From contig JAJDUM010000063.1 of NCBI GenBank assembly GCA_022826645.1, positions 11,657 through 75,656 on the forward strand: a stretch of 64,000 nt of DNA. The letters run 5' to 3'. A program made the translations under genes and the position numbers. This document shows, one piece after another, positions 31,071-41,759 of the stretch (positions within the stretch are counted from its first letter, which is position 1; each line of letters opens with the position of its first letter). The notes below the pieces were generated by a model that was not told the DNA's origin, did no database searches, and was given only the letters and a program-made list of their open reading frames with translations. Source of the DNA: Candidatus Poribacteria bacterium (lineage in GTDB: Bacteria > Poribacteria > WGA-4E > PCPOR2b).

Positions 31071-32039
31071 ATGATAAATGTTGGACTCGTCGGTTTTGGC
31101 AAATGGGCTCGCCAAGCCTATACACCGCTGCTTGGCGAGTTTCCACAAGTCCGGGTTACAGCTATCTCTGCGCACAGTGATACCACAAGATCGCTGGCGA
31201 AACAGACATTTGGTGCAGAGACGAAGACGTTTGCGGATTACCACGATCTGTTGAACGATTCAACCGTCGATGCTGTTTTAATCGCACTCCCCAATTCCCT
31301 GCACGCGCCGGTCCTTCAAGCAGCATCAACATCCGGTAAGCATCTATTTTTTGAACCCCCCGTTGCAGAAGACCCGGAAACAGCCACGCACGTACTGGAC
31401 GCATTGGCGGCAAGTGAATGCGTGGTTCAAGCCGATTTGGAACTCCGATACCTCCCGGTAATGGACCAAGTTTTAGGAGTTCTCCAGTCCGGCACGATTG
31501 GCGAACCGTTGATGGCGAAGATCCGTCTATGGTGTAACTGGGGCTATGGGGGCGGTGAGTGGTATGACGAAGTTCAAGGACAAAGCTTCTTCCTTTGGCT
31601 GGGCTGTTGGTATCTTGATGCTCTGAATTGCGTCTTTACGCAGAGTACAACGCAAGCGTCTGTGGTGGGAGGACACTATAGTAACGGCACACTGATGGAT
31701 GCCGGTTGGGCGTCGCTGTTTTATCCTAACGGAGGAATCGGTCAGTTGGAATTTAACTTGGTGCTGCCACAAGAGACCGTCATTGAGCTGACCGTTGCCT
31801 GCCGGTCAGGAGAAATTGTCGCAGATTTACAGACGGGGGAATGGCGATGGCATGGGGAGACGGGCGATTGGCATCTCAAACACGCACCCGCATCGACACC
31901 CGCCTACGGATTCGTAGGTATGCGCGAAAGCCTGCAAGGATTCTTTGATGCCATTCGTGCCGATGGTCGTCCCCGTGCGAATGTTGATGTGATGCGCCGT
32001 ATTCAACACGCTGCACAACTCTGTGCGGATGCCGAGTGA
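31071..32039 (+). CDS. Gfo/Idh/MocA family oxidoreductase
   Basis: 322 aa; INVGLVGFGKWARQAY Rossmann N-terminus, FFEPP (EKP-like) motif. Confidence 0.85.
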   Translation: MINVGLVGFGKWARQAYTPLLGEFPQVRVTAISAHSDTTRSLAKQTFGAETKTFADYHDLLNDSTVDAVLIALPNSLHAPVLQAASTSGKHLFFEPPVAEDPETATHVLDALAASECVVQADLELRYLPVMDQVLGVLQSGTIGEPLMAKIRLWCNWGYGGGEWYDEVQGQSFFLWLGCWYLDALNCVFTQSTTQASVVGGHYSNGTLMDAGWASLFYPNGGIGQLEFNLVLPQETVIELTVACRSGEIVADLQTGEWRWHGETGDWHLKHAPASTPAYGFVGMRESLQGFFDAIRADGRPRANVDVMRRIQHAAQLCADAE

Positions 32040-32084
32040 AAGCATCATGGCAACACCACTGAGTATCTCTTTGAAAGGATCGAT

Positions 32085-32336
32085 ATGAGTTGGCTGGATG
32101 TTATCCAAATTGGACACGATTTGAAGGTGTGTCCCGACTGCGATCGCGAATATGAGTTGATGGATGAGTTTCTAGCAAAGAGGGATGAACCGCCGATCGG
32201 GGATGATTGGCTTGATGAGATGTTCAGCGAAGAGTATTACATCGCACTTCGGTGCCCGCAGTGTCTGGAAACACGAAATCTGCGCCTCAAATCGCTTACG
32301 CAAAAGCAATATGAAACAGCACGAGAAGAAAACTGA
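32085..32336 (+). CDS. small acidic zinc-ribbon protein (CxxC...CxxC)
   Basis: 83 aa; CPDC ... CPQC pairs; no homolog recognised. Confidence 0.4.
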   Translation: MSWLDVIQIGHDLKVCPDCDREYELMDEFLAKRDEPPIGDDWLDEMFSEEYYIALRCPQCLETRNLRLKSLTQKQYETAREEN

Positions 32337-32590
32337 CACCACCGAATCCAGCGAATAGTAACCAGCCCACCCGTGAATACTCACAAATGCAGCCCGATTG
32401 TGCCTCCTAAAATAATTGCCCTCCCATAGCCTAGTCTCTCTCTCAACCAAACTGATATTTTTGCGTCTAACACAGATCGAGTCCAATAAATTGATTTGAG
32501 TTCTATTTTTGAGTTAACCTGTTAATCGTTATTTGTTGGGAATGCAAGAAAATCCCAAAGTAGTATTCAAGCAATCGTAGGGGGAAATGC

Positions 32591-35500
32591 GTGCGAATTA
32601 TCAAAACTTCAAAACAACACCGTCCGTACCCGAAAAAAACATCGCTTTCTACACTATTTTCTAAAAACGGGTGCCGTTTAGCCATCCTTATTCTGCTGTT
32701 CCAATTTTTCCCGTCTCTCTTTTTTATGCAAGGCGGATCACTCGTTTGGGCGTTAAGGTTTCAGACCGCACCGAAGGTATTTGATGATGTCGATGAGGAT
32801 AATGTTTTTAGCCCAAATGGAGATGGTGTACAAGATACCCTCCTTATCAGTTTTGTTACCGATGGAGATCTCGGTGATTTCCGGATTATCATTGATACCC
32901 ATGGTCCGAGTGGGGTTGGCAGGCCCGATAATCAATTTCGCGTTGATGAGGATTGGGTAATAACAGGAGAGCTCGGTCCCGGAATTCATGAGGATGACCA
33001 TCCTAAAGCGATTCGTGAAGCGTGGGATGGACATGACTTTTCCAGACAGCAAGAGGAGAAGAATCCGCATCCACTCAGCGATGGAAGGTATCGAATTAGG
33101 ATCGAAATTGATGCTGTTCCCAACGGGGAAGTGAGTCGTGCGGAATCAGAATACGTTGCAGTTCAGCTTTCGGCGGTAATTGACAATGAGCCACCGCAAC
33201 TATCAGCTACGGTTTCCCAACGGGAATTGTCACCGAATGATGATACTATCATAGATGAAATACAGATCGCCTATGGACTTTCCGAGGATTTGGTGGAGCT
33301 TGAGTTGCAATTTACGAACCCATCAGATCGACCCCCAGTCACTCTAACCCGACTTACGGAAGATAACCACTCATTTACTTGGCGAGGGGATGATGGTTTA
33401 GGCACGCTACTAAGTGATGGTGACTATACCGCTCAACTGCACGGAAGCGACAAGGGCGGCAACACAGTAACTTTTGGACTTGGTACTTTCCAAATTGACA
33501 CAGAGCCTCCCACCATTGCCCAGTTGACGCCAAATCGCAACTCATTTCGGAATACACCGATTGAACAGATTGAGGTGATATTCGACATAGGAGATGGAAG
33601 TCTGATTGATGTTGATTCAACCTTCACGGAGATTGTCTTAGAGGATGCAACCGGTACACGAGCTAACGGGGTTCTTAATCATGATGAAAATGAAGGTCGC
33701 ATGACGCTGACGCTTGATAAGCCACTAGATTCGAGTGGCGAGAACGGAGTTTACAGAATCAGTATTTCTGCTGCAGACAAAGCTGGTAATATTGTCGTAG
33801 ATGAAGTTAGTTTCACCTTTGATAACGTTGCACCGACGATTGCAAGCATTGCTACTGATGCCGGTGAATTGACTCCCGATGCCAGTACCACCAAGAAATT
33901 TACTTTCCTTGATGTGACCTTGGCAGATAACATCGATTCTAGGGTCAATACTTCTTCAACGATTCGCTTGAGTAGGTCTGAGGGAACTGCAGTAGCTGGA
34001 GTTCAGAGTCAAGTTGGAGAAAACGGTCTCCGTTGGACACCGGGATTTCCGCTAGCGACAGATGGTTTTGACGACGGGAACTATACCATCACGGTGCAGT
34101 CTCGAGACCGGGCGGGAAATGAGGTTGAGATTCAGATCCCTTTCATCTACGATACCCAAGCCCCTGAATTAGCTTCACTCACCTCGCAGACAGGGATGCA
34201 GCTCAACTCTTCGGTAGGCGGAAAAACCTTCCTTAACAGTTCTCTGTCCGTGATAACAGCAATTGTTGATGATGAAAACGGGGGCGGCGTTGACTTCAGT
34301 AAAACATCTATTGCGATGCTTGGTGTCACCCAGGTGGCTGGGATAGAAATTCCAGCAGCCATTCAAGGGACACTAACGTCTGATGAAGATAATGACACGC
34401 TAGAATTTCGACTGGACGAGCCACTTGAACACCGTGACGGAAGTCAGGACAGCACCTATCGTATTCAGGTGAGATTGACGGACAAAGCGGGTAATACACA
34501 GACTGAGTTTTTTGATATCGCTTATGATACGCAAATTCCTGCTATTATTTCAACAACCCCGGCTGAAAATGAGACCGTTTCATCCCTGTCACAAGTGTCA
34601 GTTGTCCTGAATGTCGACAGCGGGATTGATTTTTCTGCTTCCGGCGTCAGATTACTCCGTGCGGATGGAAGTGAAGTGAACACCCAGGTACACGACAACG
34701 GCAGAGACACAGTTTCTCTCACCTTGGCGCAACTGTTGGCAATTGACGGATCAGAGGACGGTGCATATACCATTGAAATCACCCCCGTAGATGGTGCAAA
34801 CAACGCGGGACCAACCGTTCGACGCCAATTTTTCATCGCATTGCGGATGCCGGAAATTCGCCTGAATATCCCCACTGAAGCCCGAATCAATGACTTAACA
34901 ACCGTTGATGCGCAGCTGTTTAACTACATCGGTCCGGGGCTTAATTTTGCTGAATCAGAGTCAACAATAACAGTTAGCAGGAATGGGGTAACTGTAGAAG
35001 CAAAACCCGTGATGGCAGATGAAGACAGTATGCGTCTGGTCTGGAGCATCGACAGATCCCTTTCTCGAGATGGTTCGGCGGACGGCGAATACACCGTCAG
35101 CGTCCAATATACGGATCTCATCGGCGAAACGCTTACAGAGGATTTTATTCTGACCTTCGACAGCCAGCCCCCAACAATCGCCGCTGACTCCCATCCCCAA
35201 ATCGCAAATCCCCTTACTACAGAGCGAATTGAAGTTCAATTTGAGGTGACTGATGACTTTGCAGGTGTACAGGGAAGTGGATTTGACGCTGCCACCTCAA
35301 CCTTTGAGTTGTTTGATGTAAACGGTGCTACGGTTGACGGTGCACAAACAAGCGATGGTACCGGTAGATTTGCGTTTCGCTCTCGTGTGCTTCCAGAGGG
35401 TGGCATGTATATCCTCGTTATTACGCTAGCGGATCGGGCGGGCAACCGCAGCATCCCACTGCCGCTTATCTACGATGCCGAAGAGCCTACCATTGAAACA

Positions 35501-38500
35501 GTAAGTCACATTGATCTGACCGCAACTGTCTCCAATGTGAGTGAATTTCTGATGCGAGTGGAAGCGACCGTTAGCGATGTTGGCACAGGTATTGATTTCG
35601 ATCGATCTCTAATTCAGTTGTTGGATGCCACGGGTGAGGCAGTCCCCGGTACACCATATCACGATGATGAAGCCATAATTGGGTGGGAGTTGGCAACCCC
35701 ACTCACCCGTGAAGGCAATTTTGACGGTCTCTACTCACTCCGCGTCAGTGCTGTTGACAAAGCCGGATACGTCGAGGAAAAAACCTTTGCTGTGCGTTAC
35801 GACACGCAGGTGCCCTCTATCCAAACTGCTTTTGCTACAAAAAAGGATGGCACACCTGTAGAACTATCCGAAGCAGAAGCCCCACTGGTTACTTCTCCAA
35901 TTAATCGAGTTACTGTGAGATTCTCTGATGGGGCGGGCAGCGGTATGGATGTTTTACGAACAGCGCTAAGCCTTATCGGGCCAGATGGAGAGCCAATTGG
36001 CACGAACCAGAGTGATAACGAGGTAGATACAGTTTCCCTTTCGTTCAATGCGTTGCGCGCAGATGGATCCGACGATGGGGCTTACCGGATTCAGGTAACC
36101 CCCACCGATTTAGCAGGTAACACCCTCACAAGCCCGGTTGAAATCCTATTTTTCTACGGTACGCGCCAGCCAGAAGTTCTTTCTACAACACCGGCTGAAT
36201 TTGCAGCCGTCACCCATCTCACCGAAGTCAGTGCGATGCTGCAAGACCATAGCAGCGAGGGCATTGATTTTGATCGTGCGTCAATTCGCTTAATTGCTCC
36301 AGACCAATCGGCAATTCTTGGCTATCAAACGGTAGACGAAGCACAATCATCAATTACTTGGCAACTAAACCAACCACTATCACGGGACGGTTCAGCGGAT
36401 GGTGAATACACTATTCAACTATTGCCTGTTGATAAAGCAGGGAACAGTGCAGATATCGAGCATACATTCGTCTACGACACACGGATTCCGACCGTTGTTT
36501 CCGTGACAGCGAACACCAATCCGCTAACAGTTATTCCACCAAATGAATCAACTGCCATTGGCAGTTCCTTTAAAGGATTGACCATCCAGCTTTCTGATAC
36601 AAATGGCGCAACGACACAGGTAAGTGGGGTAGATCTGGTGGGCACCGATGTCCAACTAATCGGTCCCGGTGATACGTCGCTCGGTATCAACACCCGCGAT
36701 GATGGGGTAGATACCATTATAGTCAGTTTCGCTTCGTTGTATCAGTCCGGAACTTACACGCTCGAAATCATACCGCGGGACATGGCAGGTAATGTCTCAA
36801 TTCACCCCATCGAGTACGAATTCGGCTTGGAGCTTGGACACAGTACTGTTTCCGCCGTAACAATTGGTGGTCGAATGGTGCCGGTTGAATTTGTGAACCG
36901 GTTGGACGAAATCGTTGCAACGCTTGAAGATGTTAGTGCTACCGGTTTGAACTTGGCATCAGATGGCTCAACCATTACCGTAATGGGGCCCGATGGCGAG
37001 GTTGAAGGGGTTCAGACCTCACGCGGAGGAAACCAGATTGTGTGGAGACCACTACAGCACACCACAGATGGTTCTGCTGATGGCGTCTACACCGTAACAG
37101 TTACCCCTGTAAATAGTGGTGGTAGATTGGGGATACCTGCTCGGTATCAATTCACGCTTGATACACAGGAACCTGAAGTGGCTTCGGTAACGCCAATCGA
37201 TTTGACGCAGCCGCTGTCCTACATCAGTCAGCAGATTATCCAAATTGCAGCTCAGGTTGAGGATGTGGGACCCGCGGGCTTGGAGGTTAATGACCAACGT
37301 CTTGAACTTCGTGATCCAAGAGGGAATGTTGTGCCAGCGGTGCAGTCCAACGATGGGCAAGCTCAGATTTTCCTAACACTCTCGCAACCCCTTACAGCCG
37401 ATGGAAGCGATGATGGACGATATACCGTCAACCTAGACCTAACAGACAAAGCCGGTAATATTAATCCACTTACCCATCAACTCGTCTACGACACTCAAGC
37501 CCCAACGCTTGTCAGCACTGATCCAACCGATGGCGATCTCCGTAGCGACGATATTACCATAATTACAGCCAATCTGAGAGACCCTGGCAATAGCGGTATC
37601 GATTTTACCGCTTCTGCGTTGACGCTGTTAGATCCAACGGGGACTTCAATTAGCGGTGTACAGAGCAACGATGGGAATCGAAAGCTGGCATTGCAAATCA
37701 ACGGTCTTATAGCGGACGGCACTTACACAATCCGTGTAGATGCAATTGATCGTGCCGGCAACGGATTAAACACCCCGTTTGAAACGCACTTCACCTATTC
37801 ATCCGGTATGCCCGTTGTGGTTTCAACTGTTCCGATAACTACGCCCGCGGAGGAAGCATTTACAAATGAACCGCTCCGTCAAGTTGAAGCCGAATTCCAA
37901 TCGAGTGATGGGGATGTTAATCGCTCTACTATTGCATTGCTTGCCCCCAATGGTACGACTGTTCCAGGACAGCAGGTGCGTCAAGGAAAAATGTTGATTT
38001 ATCGACTCTTGCGCGAACTCGCTACCGATGGATCCGACGATGGTACTTATACCATTGTGGTAGTACCTGTCAATAGCGCAGGGCGACAAGGTGCCCCGCA
38101 GCAGTTTACCTTTGTTTATGACACGGTTGCACCCGAAGTGGAGCCGGGCTCAATTCAACTGATCGTTGCTGAACCGGATGTCAATAATTCGCTGGTTTCG
38201 CTCGGTGCGCTCATCACAGATGACGAACCCGGTTCCGGAGTGGATTGGGATAACCTCGATCTGTCATGGATTACGTTTGATGATATCAGTCGAAAGCGGA
38301 AAATTGACGGGACCCTTGCTACCGATGAAGAACAAGCACTCGTGATAAACCTGATTATGCCACTCGCTAGCGATGGAAGTCAAGATGGTATATATCAGTT
38401 GACGCTTGCCCCCAAGGATCGTGCGGGAAATGTTACTCCAGCGGTTGAATACCTGTTTTTCTACGACACACGTCCGCCGGCGATCGACACTGAATCCTTA

Positions 38501-39526
38501 TTCATTGATGGGCAGCCTTTATTCACTGACTCAAACGATCCGTATTATCCTTCGGCGACCAGTATGGGCGGTGGTGTTACCATTGATGCGAAGTTCTCCG
38601 ATGTCAATCCGGATGGCAGCCCAGGTCTTGGGCCTGATCTAGTCAATTCGTCGATTACTGTGCGTTCCCCTGCTGGAGACGAGATCAGCGGGACCACAAC
38701 ACAGAACGGCACTGACAGCATCCGCTTCAAATCTGGACCGCTCGATGAACAGGGACTTTACCAGGTGACGATTACCAGTGTCGGTTTGGACATTGCAAAT
38801 CTCGGATTCCAACCGACCGATTCGGTCACGACACAATTTCTCTTTGAAACTACAAAGCCAGTTGTTGAGTTGACGGATTTAGTTGGGGAAACAACCTTTG
38901 AGGATGAACCATTACCACTACAAGGCACTGCACGCGATCCATCGGAGGCTGATATCCCCGCATCTGACGTCGCGCTGGTTGAAGTTGTTGGTATCGGGCC
39001 CGATGGTTTTCCGATTGAGCCGGTTGCTGCAAAAGATGAAAGCGAAGGGGAGGAAGATCCTTGGACGCGTTGGTCGGTTGATTTTCTGCCTTCTCAATCT
39101 GGTGAATACAACCTCGATATTCGCGTCACCGATCGTGCTGGTAATGCCGGTATTTACGATGCCGTGACTGTCAATTTTTCAGTGTCACTTATCTTCAAGG
39201 GGCCAACATATGTTTGGCCCAATCCACTCAGCCTGTCAAGACGTTCAAACGACGAAATGGCTCACTTCTCCTTTGAAGTCAATGTTCCCGGTGGCGAAGG
39301 GGCGCGGATTGTCCTAAGTATCTATGACTTTTCTGGCGACTTGGTGTACGAAAAGGAATATAATGACTTGGGGGCCGGCAGGAGCGATAATGAAGTGAGG
39401 TGGGATTTAACCAATCAGGTCGGTACTGATGTTGCCCGTGGAATTTATATTTTCCGCTTAGAAGCGGAGGATATTGTAACGAGCAACCGCACCAATGCGG
39501 TTGGAAAGATTGTCGTGGTGGAGTAG
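32591..39526 (+). CDS. giant surface protein: signal peptide, N-terminal FlgD-Ig-like domain, ~19 SbsA/Big_5-like Ig repeats, C-terminal FlgD-Ig/T9SS-CTD-like sorting domain
   Basis: 2311 aa from GTG 32591 (GGGGGA SD); FSPNGDGVQDTL ... AWDGHDF (FlgD-Ig) at N-term; ~19 repeats ending in DGxYTxxVxxxDxAGN; C-terminal WPNP...IYDFSGDLVYE...WDLTNQVG...GIYIFRLEAED...KIVVVE. Confidence 0.85.
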   Translation: MRIIKTSKQHRPYPKKTSLSTLFSKNGCRLAILILLFQFFPSLFFMQGGSLVWALRFQTAPKVFDDVDEDNVFSPNGDGVQDTLLISFVTDGDLGDFRIIIDTHGPSGVGRPDNQFRVDEDWVITGELGPGIHEDDHPKAIREAWDGHDFSRQQEEKNPHPLSDGRYRIRIEIDAVPNGEVSRAESEYVAVQLSAVIDNEPPQLSATVSQRELSPNDDTIIDEIQIAYGLSEDLVELELQFTNPSDRPPVTLTRLTEDNHSFTWRGDDGLGTLLSDGDYTAQLHGSDKGGNTVTFGLGTFQIDTEPPTIAQLTPNRNSFRNTPIEQIEVIFDIGDGSLIDVDSTFTEIVLEDATGTRANGVLNHDENEGRMTLTLDKPLDSSGENGVYRISISAADKAGNIVVDEVSFTFDNVAPTIASIATDAGELTPDASTTKKFTFLDVTLADNIDSRVNTSSTIRLSRSEGTAVAGVQSQVGENGLRWTPGFPLATDGFDDGNYTITVQSRDRAGNEVEIQIPFIYDTQAPELASLTSQTGMQLNSSVGGKTFLNSSLSVITAIVDDENGGGVDFSKTSIAMLGVTQVAGIEIPAAIQGTLTSDEDNDTLEFRLDEPLEHRDGSQDSTYRIQVRLTDKAGNTQTEFFDIAYDTQIPAIISTTPAENETVSSLSQVSVVLNVDSGIDFSASGVRLLRADGSEVNTQVHDNGRDTVSLTLAQLLAIDGSEDGAYTIEITPVDGANNAGPTVRRQFFIALRMPEIRLNIPTEARINDLTTVDAQLFNYIGPGLNFAESESTITVSRNGVTVEAKPVMADEDSMRLVWSIDRSLSRDGSADGEYTVSVQYTDLIGETLTEDFILTFDSQPPTIAADSHPQIANPLTTERIEVQFEVTDDFAGVQGSGFDAATSTFELFDVNGATVDGAQTSDGTGRFAFRSRVLPEGGMYILVITLADRAGNRSIPLPLIYDAEEPTIETVSHIDLTATVSNVSEFLMRVEATVSDVGTGIDFDRSLIQLLDATGEAVPGTPYHDDEAIIGWELATPLTREGNFDGLYSLRVSAVDKAGYVEEKTFAVRYDTQVPSIQTAFATKKDGTPVELSEAEAPLVTSPINRVTVRFSDGAGSGMDVLRTALSLIGPDGEPIGTNQSDNEVDTVSLSFNALRADGSDDGAYRIQVTPTDLAGNTLTSPVEILFFYGTRQPEVLSTTPAEFAAVTHLTEVSAMLQDHSSEGIDFDRASIRLIAPDQSAILGYQTVDEAQSSITWQLNQPLSRDGSADGEYTIQLLPVDKAGNSADIEHTFVYDTRIPTVVSVTANTNPLTVIPPNESTAIGSSFKGLTIQLSDTNGATTQVSGVDLVGTDVQLIGPGDTSLGINTRDDGVDTIIVSFASLYQSGTYTLEIIPRDMAGNVSIHPIEYEFGLELGHSTVSAVTIGGRMVPVEFVNRLDEIVATLEDVSATGLNLASDGSTITVMGPDGEVEGVQTSRGGNQIVWRPLQHTTDGSADGVYTVTVTPVNSGGRLGIPARYQFTLDTQEPEVASVTPIDLTQPLSYISQQIIQIAAQVEDVGPAGLEVNDQRLELRDPRGNVVPAVQSNDGQAQIFLTLSQPLTADGSDDGRYTVNLDLTDKAGNINPLTHQLVYDTQAPTLVSTDPTDGDLRSDDITIITANLRDPGNSGIDFTASALTLLDPTGTSISGVQSNDGNRKLALQINGLIADGTYTIRVDAIDRAGNGLNTPFETHFTYSSGMPVVVSTVPITTPAEEAFTNEPLRQVEAEFQSSDGDVNRSTIALLAPNGTTVPGQQVRQGKMLIYRLLRELATDGSDDGTYTIVVVPVNSAGRQGAPQQFTFVYDTVAPEVEPGSIQLIVAEPDVNNSLVSLGALITDDEPGSGVDWDNLDLSWITFDDISRKRKIDGTLATDEEQALVINLIMPLASDGSQDGIYQLTLAPKDRAGNVTPAVEYLFFYDTRPPAIDTESLFIDGQPLFTDSNDPYYPSATSMGGGVTIDAKFSDVNPDGSPGLGPDLVNSSITVRSPAGDEISGTTTQNGTDSIRFKSGPLDEQGLYQVTITSVGLDIANLGFQPTDSVTTQFLFETTKPVVELTDLVGETTFEDEPLPLQGTARDPSEADIPASDVALVEVVGIGPDGFPIEPVAAKDESEGEEDPWTRWSVDFLPSQSGEYNLDIRVTDRAGNAGIYDAVTVNFSVSLIFKGPTYVWPNPLSLSRRSNDEMAHFSFEVNVPGGEGARIVLSIYDFSGDLVYEKEYNDLGAGRSDNEVRWDLTNQVGTDVARGIYIFRLEAEDIVTSNRTNAVGKIVVVE

Positions 39527-39604
39527 GTGCGAGTATCCCATTTGAATATAGGTCAAGAGTTAAGGCATTCATTTATGAACCAAAATAAAGAATTGGAGAA
39601 ACGG

Positions 39605-40576
39605 ATGTCCCTAAAACAGAATTTGAAGTTATTCTGCGTCATAGTTTTTGCGATTATTGCTTTTCCCGCTTTTGCCGCAGATATTCACGATGATGCTGGC
39701 ACAGTGGGTGCTGCATTTCTCAAGATTGAGGCTGGGAGCCGTCCCGCTGGTATGGGGGGCGCGTTCGCAGGATTGGCTAACGACGTCAATACCATATACT
39801 GGAATCCCGCTGGCTTGGCAGCGGTCAGCGGACGGCAATTTACTGCGATGCAGAATTTTTCGATTGCAGATATTAGTAACCAATTCCTTGGCTATGCAAA
39901 TAAATTCAGCGAAAAAGCCACTTGGGGAGCGAGTTTCCTCGGTGCGTTTACAGAGATTGAACGCCGTCGTCGACCAACGGAGGAGCCTGATAGCACTGCC
40001 ACAGTTGGAGGTTTTGCTGCGGGCGTGTCTATCGGATATATCTTATCCCCACATTTGTCAGTTGGAGCCACAGCGAAAACAATTTCGCAACAGCTCGACG
40101 TCGAGGACTCAATAGGTGGTGCTGCCGATGTTGGGCTGCTGTTACGAATGCTAGACAATCGACTTGGCCTGGGATTCGCCGCACAAAACTTAGGTTTTCT
40201 GGATACAGGAGAAAATCTGCCGATGAATGTACGGACTGGCATCGCTTACCACGTCCGCACTAAACCTAATGCTGAGGCTGCTAAGCAGCCGCAAGACCTT
40301 TTAGCATTAGCTGCGGACATCAACTACCCTATTGTTGGCGGGTTCCCCACCTTTCATTTAGGTGCGGAGAATTGGCTCTATAACATGCTTGCCCTTCGCG
40401 TTGGATATAGTTTTAGTCAAGGAGAGAATCCCAAAAATGGATTGACCGCCGGGTTTGGATTGCGTCGACTTGGGGAAGCCTCTCTGGAAAATGTCAATTT
40501 TCAGTTGGACTATGCCTTTGTTCCGGATCAAGCGGTCGGAAATGCTCACCGAGTCTCTCTCCTCCTGCGATTCTAA
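39605..40576 (+). CDS. outer-membrane beta-barrel protein, PorV/PorQ/FadL-like (UPF0164-like) family
   Basis: Start at MSLKQNLKLFCVIVFAIIAFPAFA signal peptide (GGAGAAA SD); GSRPAGMGGAFAGLANDVNTIYWNPAGLA hallmark motif; C-terminal F residue. Upstream part of track ORF (39527) overlaps giant gene stop. Confidence 0.55.
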   Translation: MSLKQNLKLFCVIVFAIIAFPAFAADIHDDAGTVGAAFLKIEAGSRPAGMGGAFAGLANDVNTIYWNPAGLAAVSGRQFTAMQNFSIADISNQFLGYANKFSEKATWGASFLGAFTEIERRRRPTEEPDSTATVGGFAAGVSIGYILSPHLSVGATAKTISQQLDVEDSIGGAADVGLLLRMLDNRLGLGFAAQNLGFLDTGENLPMNVRTGIAYHVRTKPNAEAAKQPQDLLALAADINYPIVGGFPTFHLGAENWLYNMLALRVGYSFSQGENPKNGLTAGFGLRRLGEASLENVNFQLDYAFVPDQAVGNAHRVSLLLRF

Positions 40577-40638
40577 ACGTCAATCGCTTCTACTCGCTAA
40601 ACAAATTTAGACGTGCCTACCCCAACTGGAGCATTCCA

Positions 40639-41673
40639 ATGAACATTATCTGCACAGGAATCAGTTGTTCAGGACGAAAAGAATTGATGGGAGAGTTTAA
40701 AGCACTCTGCCGCGATAAAGGAATCCGGATTGGGTTTTTCAACGTCGGCGATTTTATGCACAACGCGGCTGCAGCTTCCGGCATCCAATTCACGGACAAA
40801 GTGCTTGACTCGGATCCCGCTGTCCTTTCGTTGGCACGCCGATCGGCTTTCTATGAAATAGCCAATATCGCGCATGACTATGATCATACCTTCGTTGGTT
40901 TGCACGCTTGCTTCCGCTGGAATGGAAAACTGGTTGAAGGTGTCTCGTTCAAGGATATGCAGGGTTTCCCGGGCGACGTGTTCGTCAATGTGGTCGACAA
41001 TCTTGCCGACATTGCTCAACGTATGGACGATAATCCGCAGTGGACGGGTATGCGACGCGATGAAATTAATGTCTGGCTCGATGAAGAAGAATTCCTGACC
41101 AAACAATTTGCGAACCTCAAGGAAAAAAATCACTATACTGTTGCTCGACAGCACAATCTGGAAAACTTCTATGACCTGCTTTTTTCAAAGAAGAAAAAAT
41201 TCTACTTGAGCTATCCGATCACACTTCTTCGCCAAGACGCACCGGATCAGATTCAAAGCATCCGTGAGTTTGGCTCAAAGATGCGGAAAAACTTTATCAT
41301 ATTTGATCCGCTCGATATTGCAGATATGGACCTGATTCATTCCACGGAATCACCTCAGGAGGAGACAACTGACGGGGAAATTCCAACTGTAAGTGATATC
41401 GATCAAGATTTCAATGTGCAGATTAAGACACGCACCATCTCCAGAGACTACCAATTCATCCATCAGAGCGATTTTGTTATTGTTATCTATCCAACCGACA
41501 AACTCTCCCCCGGTGTCTTGAGTGAAATGAACTTTGCTTCCCGCTATAATAAACCGGTTTATGCTGTATACTCCCATGCGCGTAGTCCATTTTTCGAGCA
41601 TCTGTGTGAACGAATCTTTGATTCCATTGAGGAACTCGAAACTTTTTTGGAAGATCAGCAGATGCGACTTTAG
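40639..41673 (+). CDS. hypothetical two-domain protein: N-terminal kinase-like domain with degenerate P-loop + C-terminal nucleoside 2-deoxyribosyltransferase-like (NDT/DNPH1-like) domain
   Basis: 344 aa; TGISCSGRKE near N-term; C-terminal KFYLSYPITLL ... SDFVIVIYPTDKLSPGVLSEMNFASRYNKPVYAV matching NDT-like Rossmann fold pattern. Confidence 0.45.
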   Translation: MNIICTGISCSGRKELMGEFKALCRDKGIRIGFFNVGDFMHNAAAASGIQFTDKVLDSDPAVLSLARRSAFYEIANIAHDYDHTFVGLHACFRWNGKLVEGVSFKDMQGFPGDVFVNVVDNLADIAQRMDDNPQWTGMRRDEINVWLDEEEFLTKQFANLKEKNHYTVARQHNLENFYDLLFSKKKKFYLSYPITLLRQDAPDQIQSIREFGSKMRKNFIIFDPLDIADMDLIHSTESPQEETTDGEIPTVSDIDQDFNVQIKTRTISRDYQFIHQSDFVIVIYPTDKLSPGVLSEMNFASRYNKPVYAVYSHARSPFFEHLCERIFDSIEELETFLEDQQMRL

Positions 41674-41759
41674 TGGAGGGGCGACCGTAGGACCGCGAAA
41701 CGTGCGGTTTGGTAAGCATTGGCACAATCCAACAAGGTCAGGATATAGTCTATACCAGC

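Noticed and set aside
32591-40576. Complete type IX secretion system or gliding motility locus
   Set aside because: Only a CTD-like cargo and a PorV-like barrel are present. No porK/L/M/N, sprA/sov, porU or gld genes are in the window, so the system itself cannot be claimed from this sequence.
40639-41673. Calling the 344-aa protein a P-loop NMP kinase
   Set aside because: The candidate motif GISCSGRK does not fit Walker A GxxxxGK[ST]. Only the C-terminal NDT-like fold pattern is reasonably supported.
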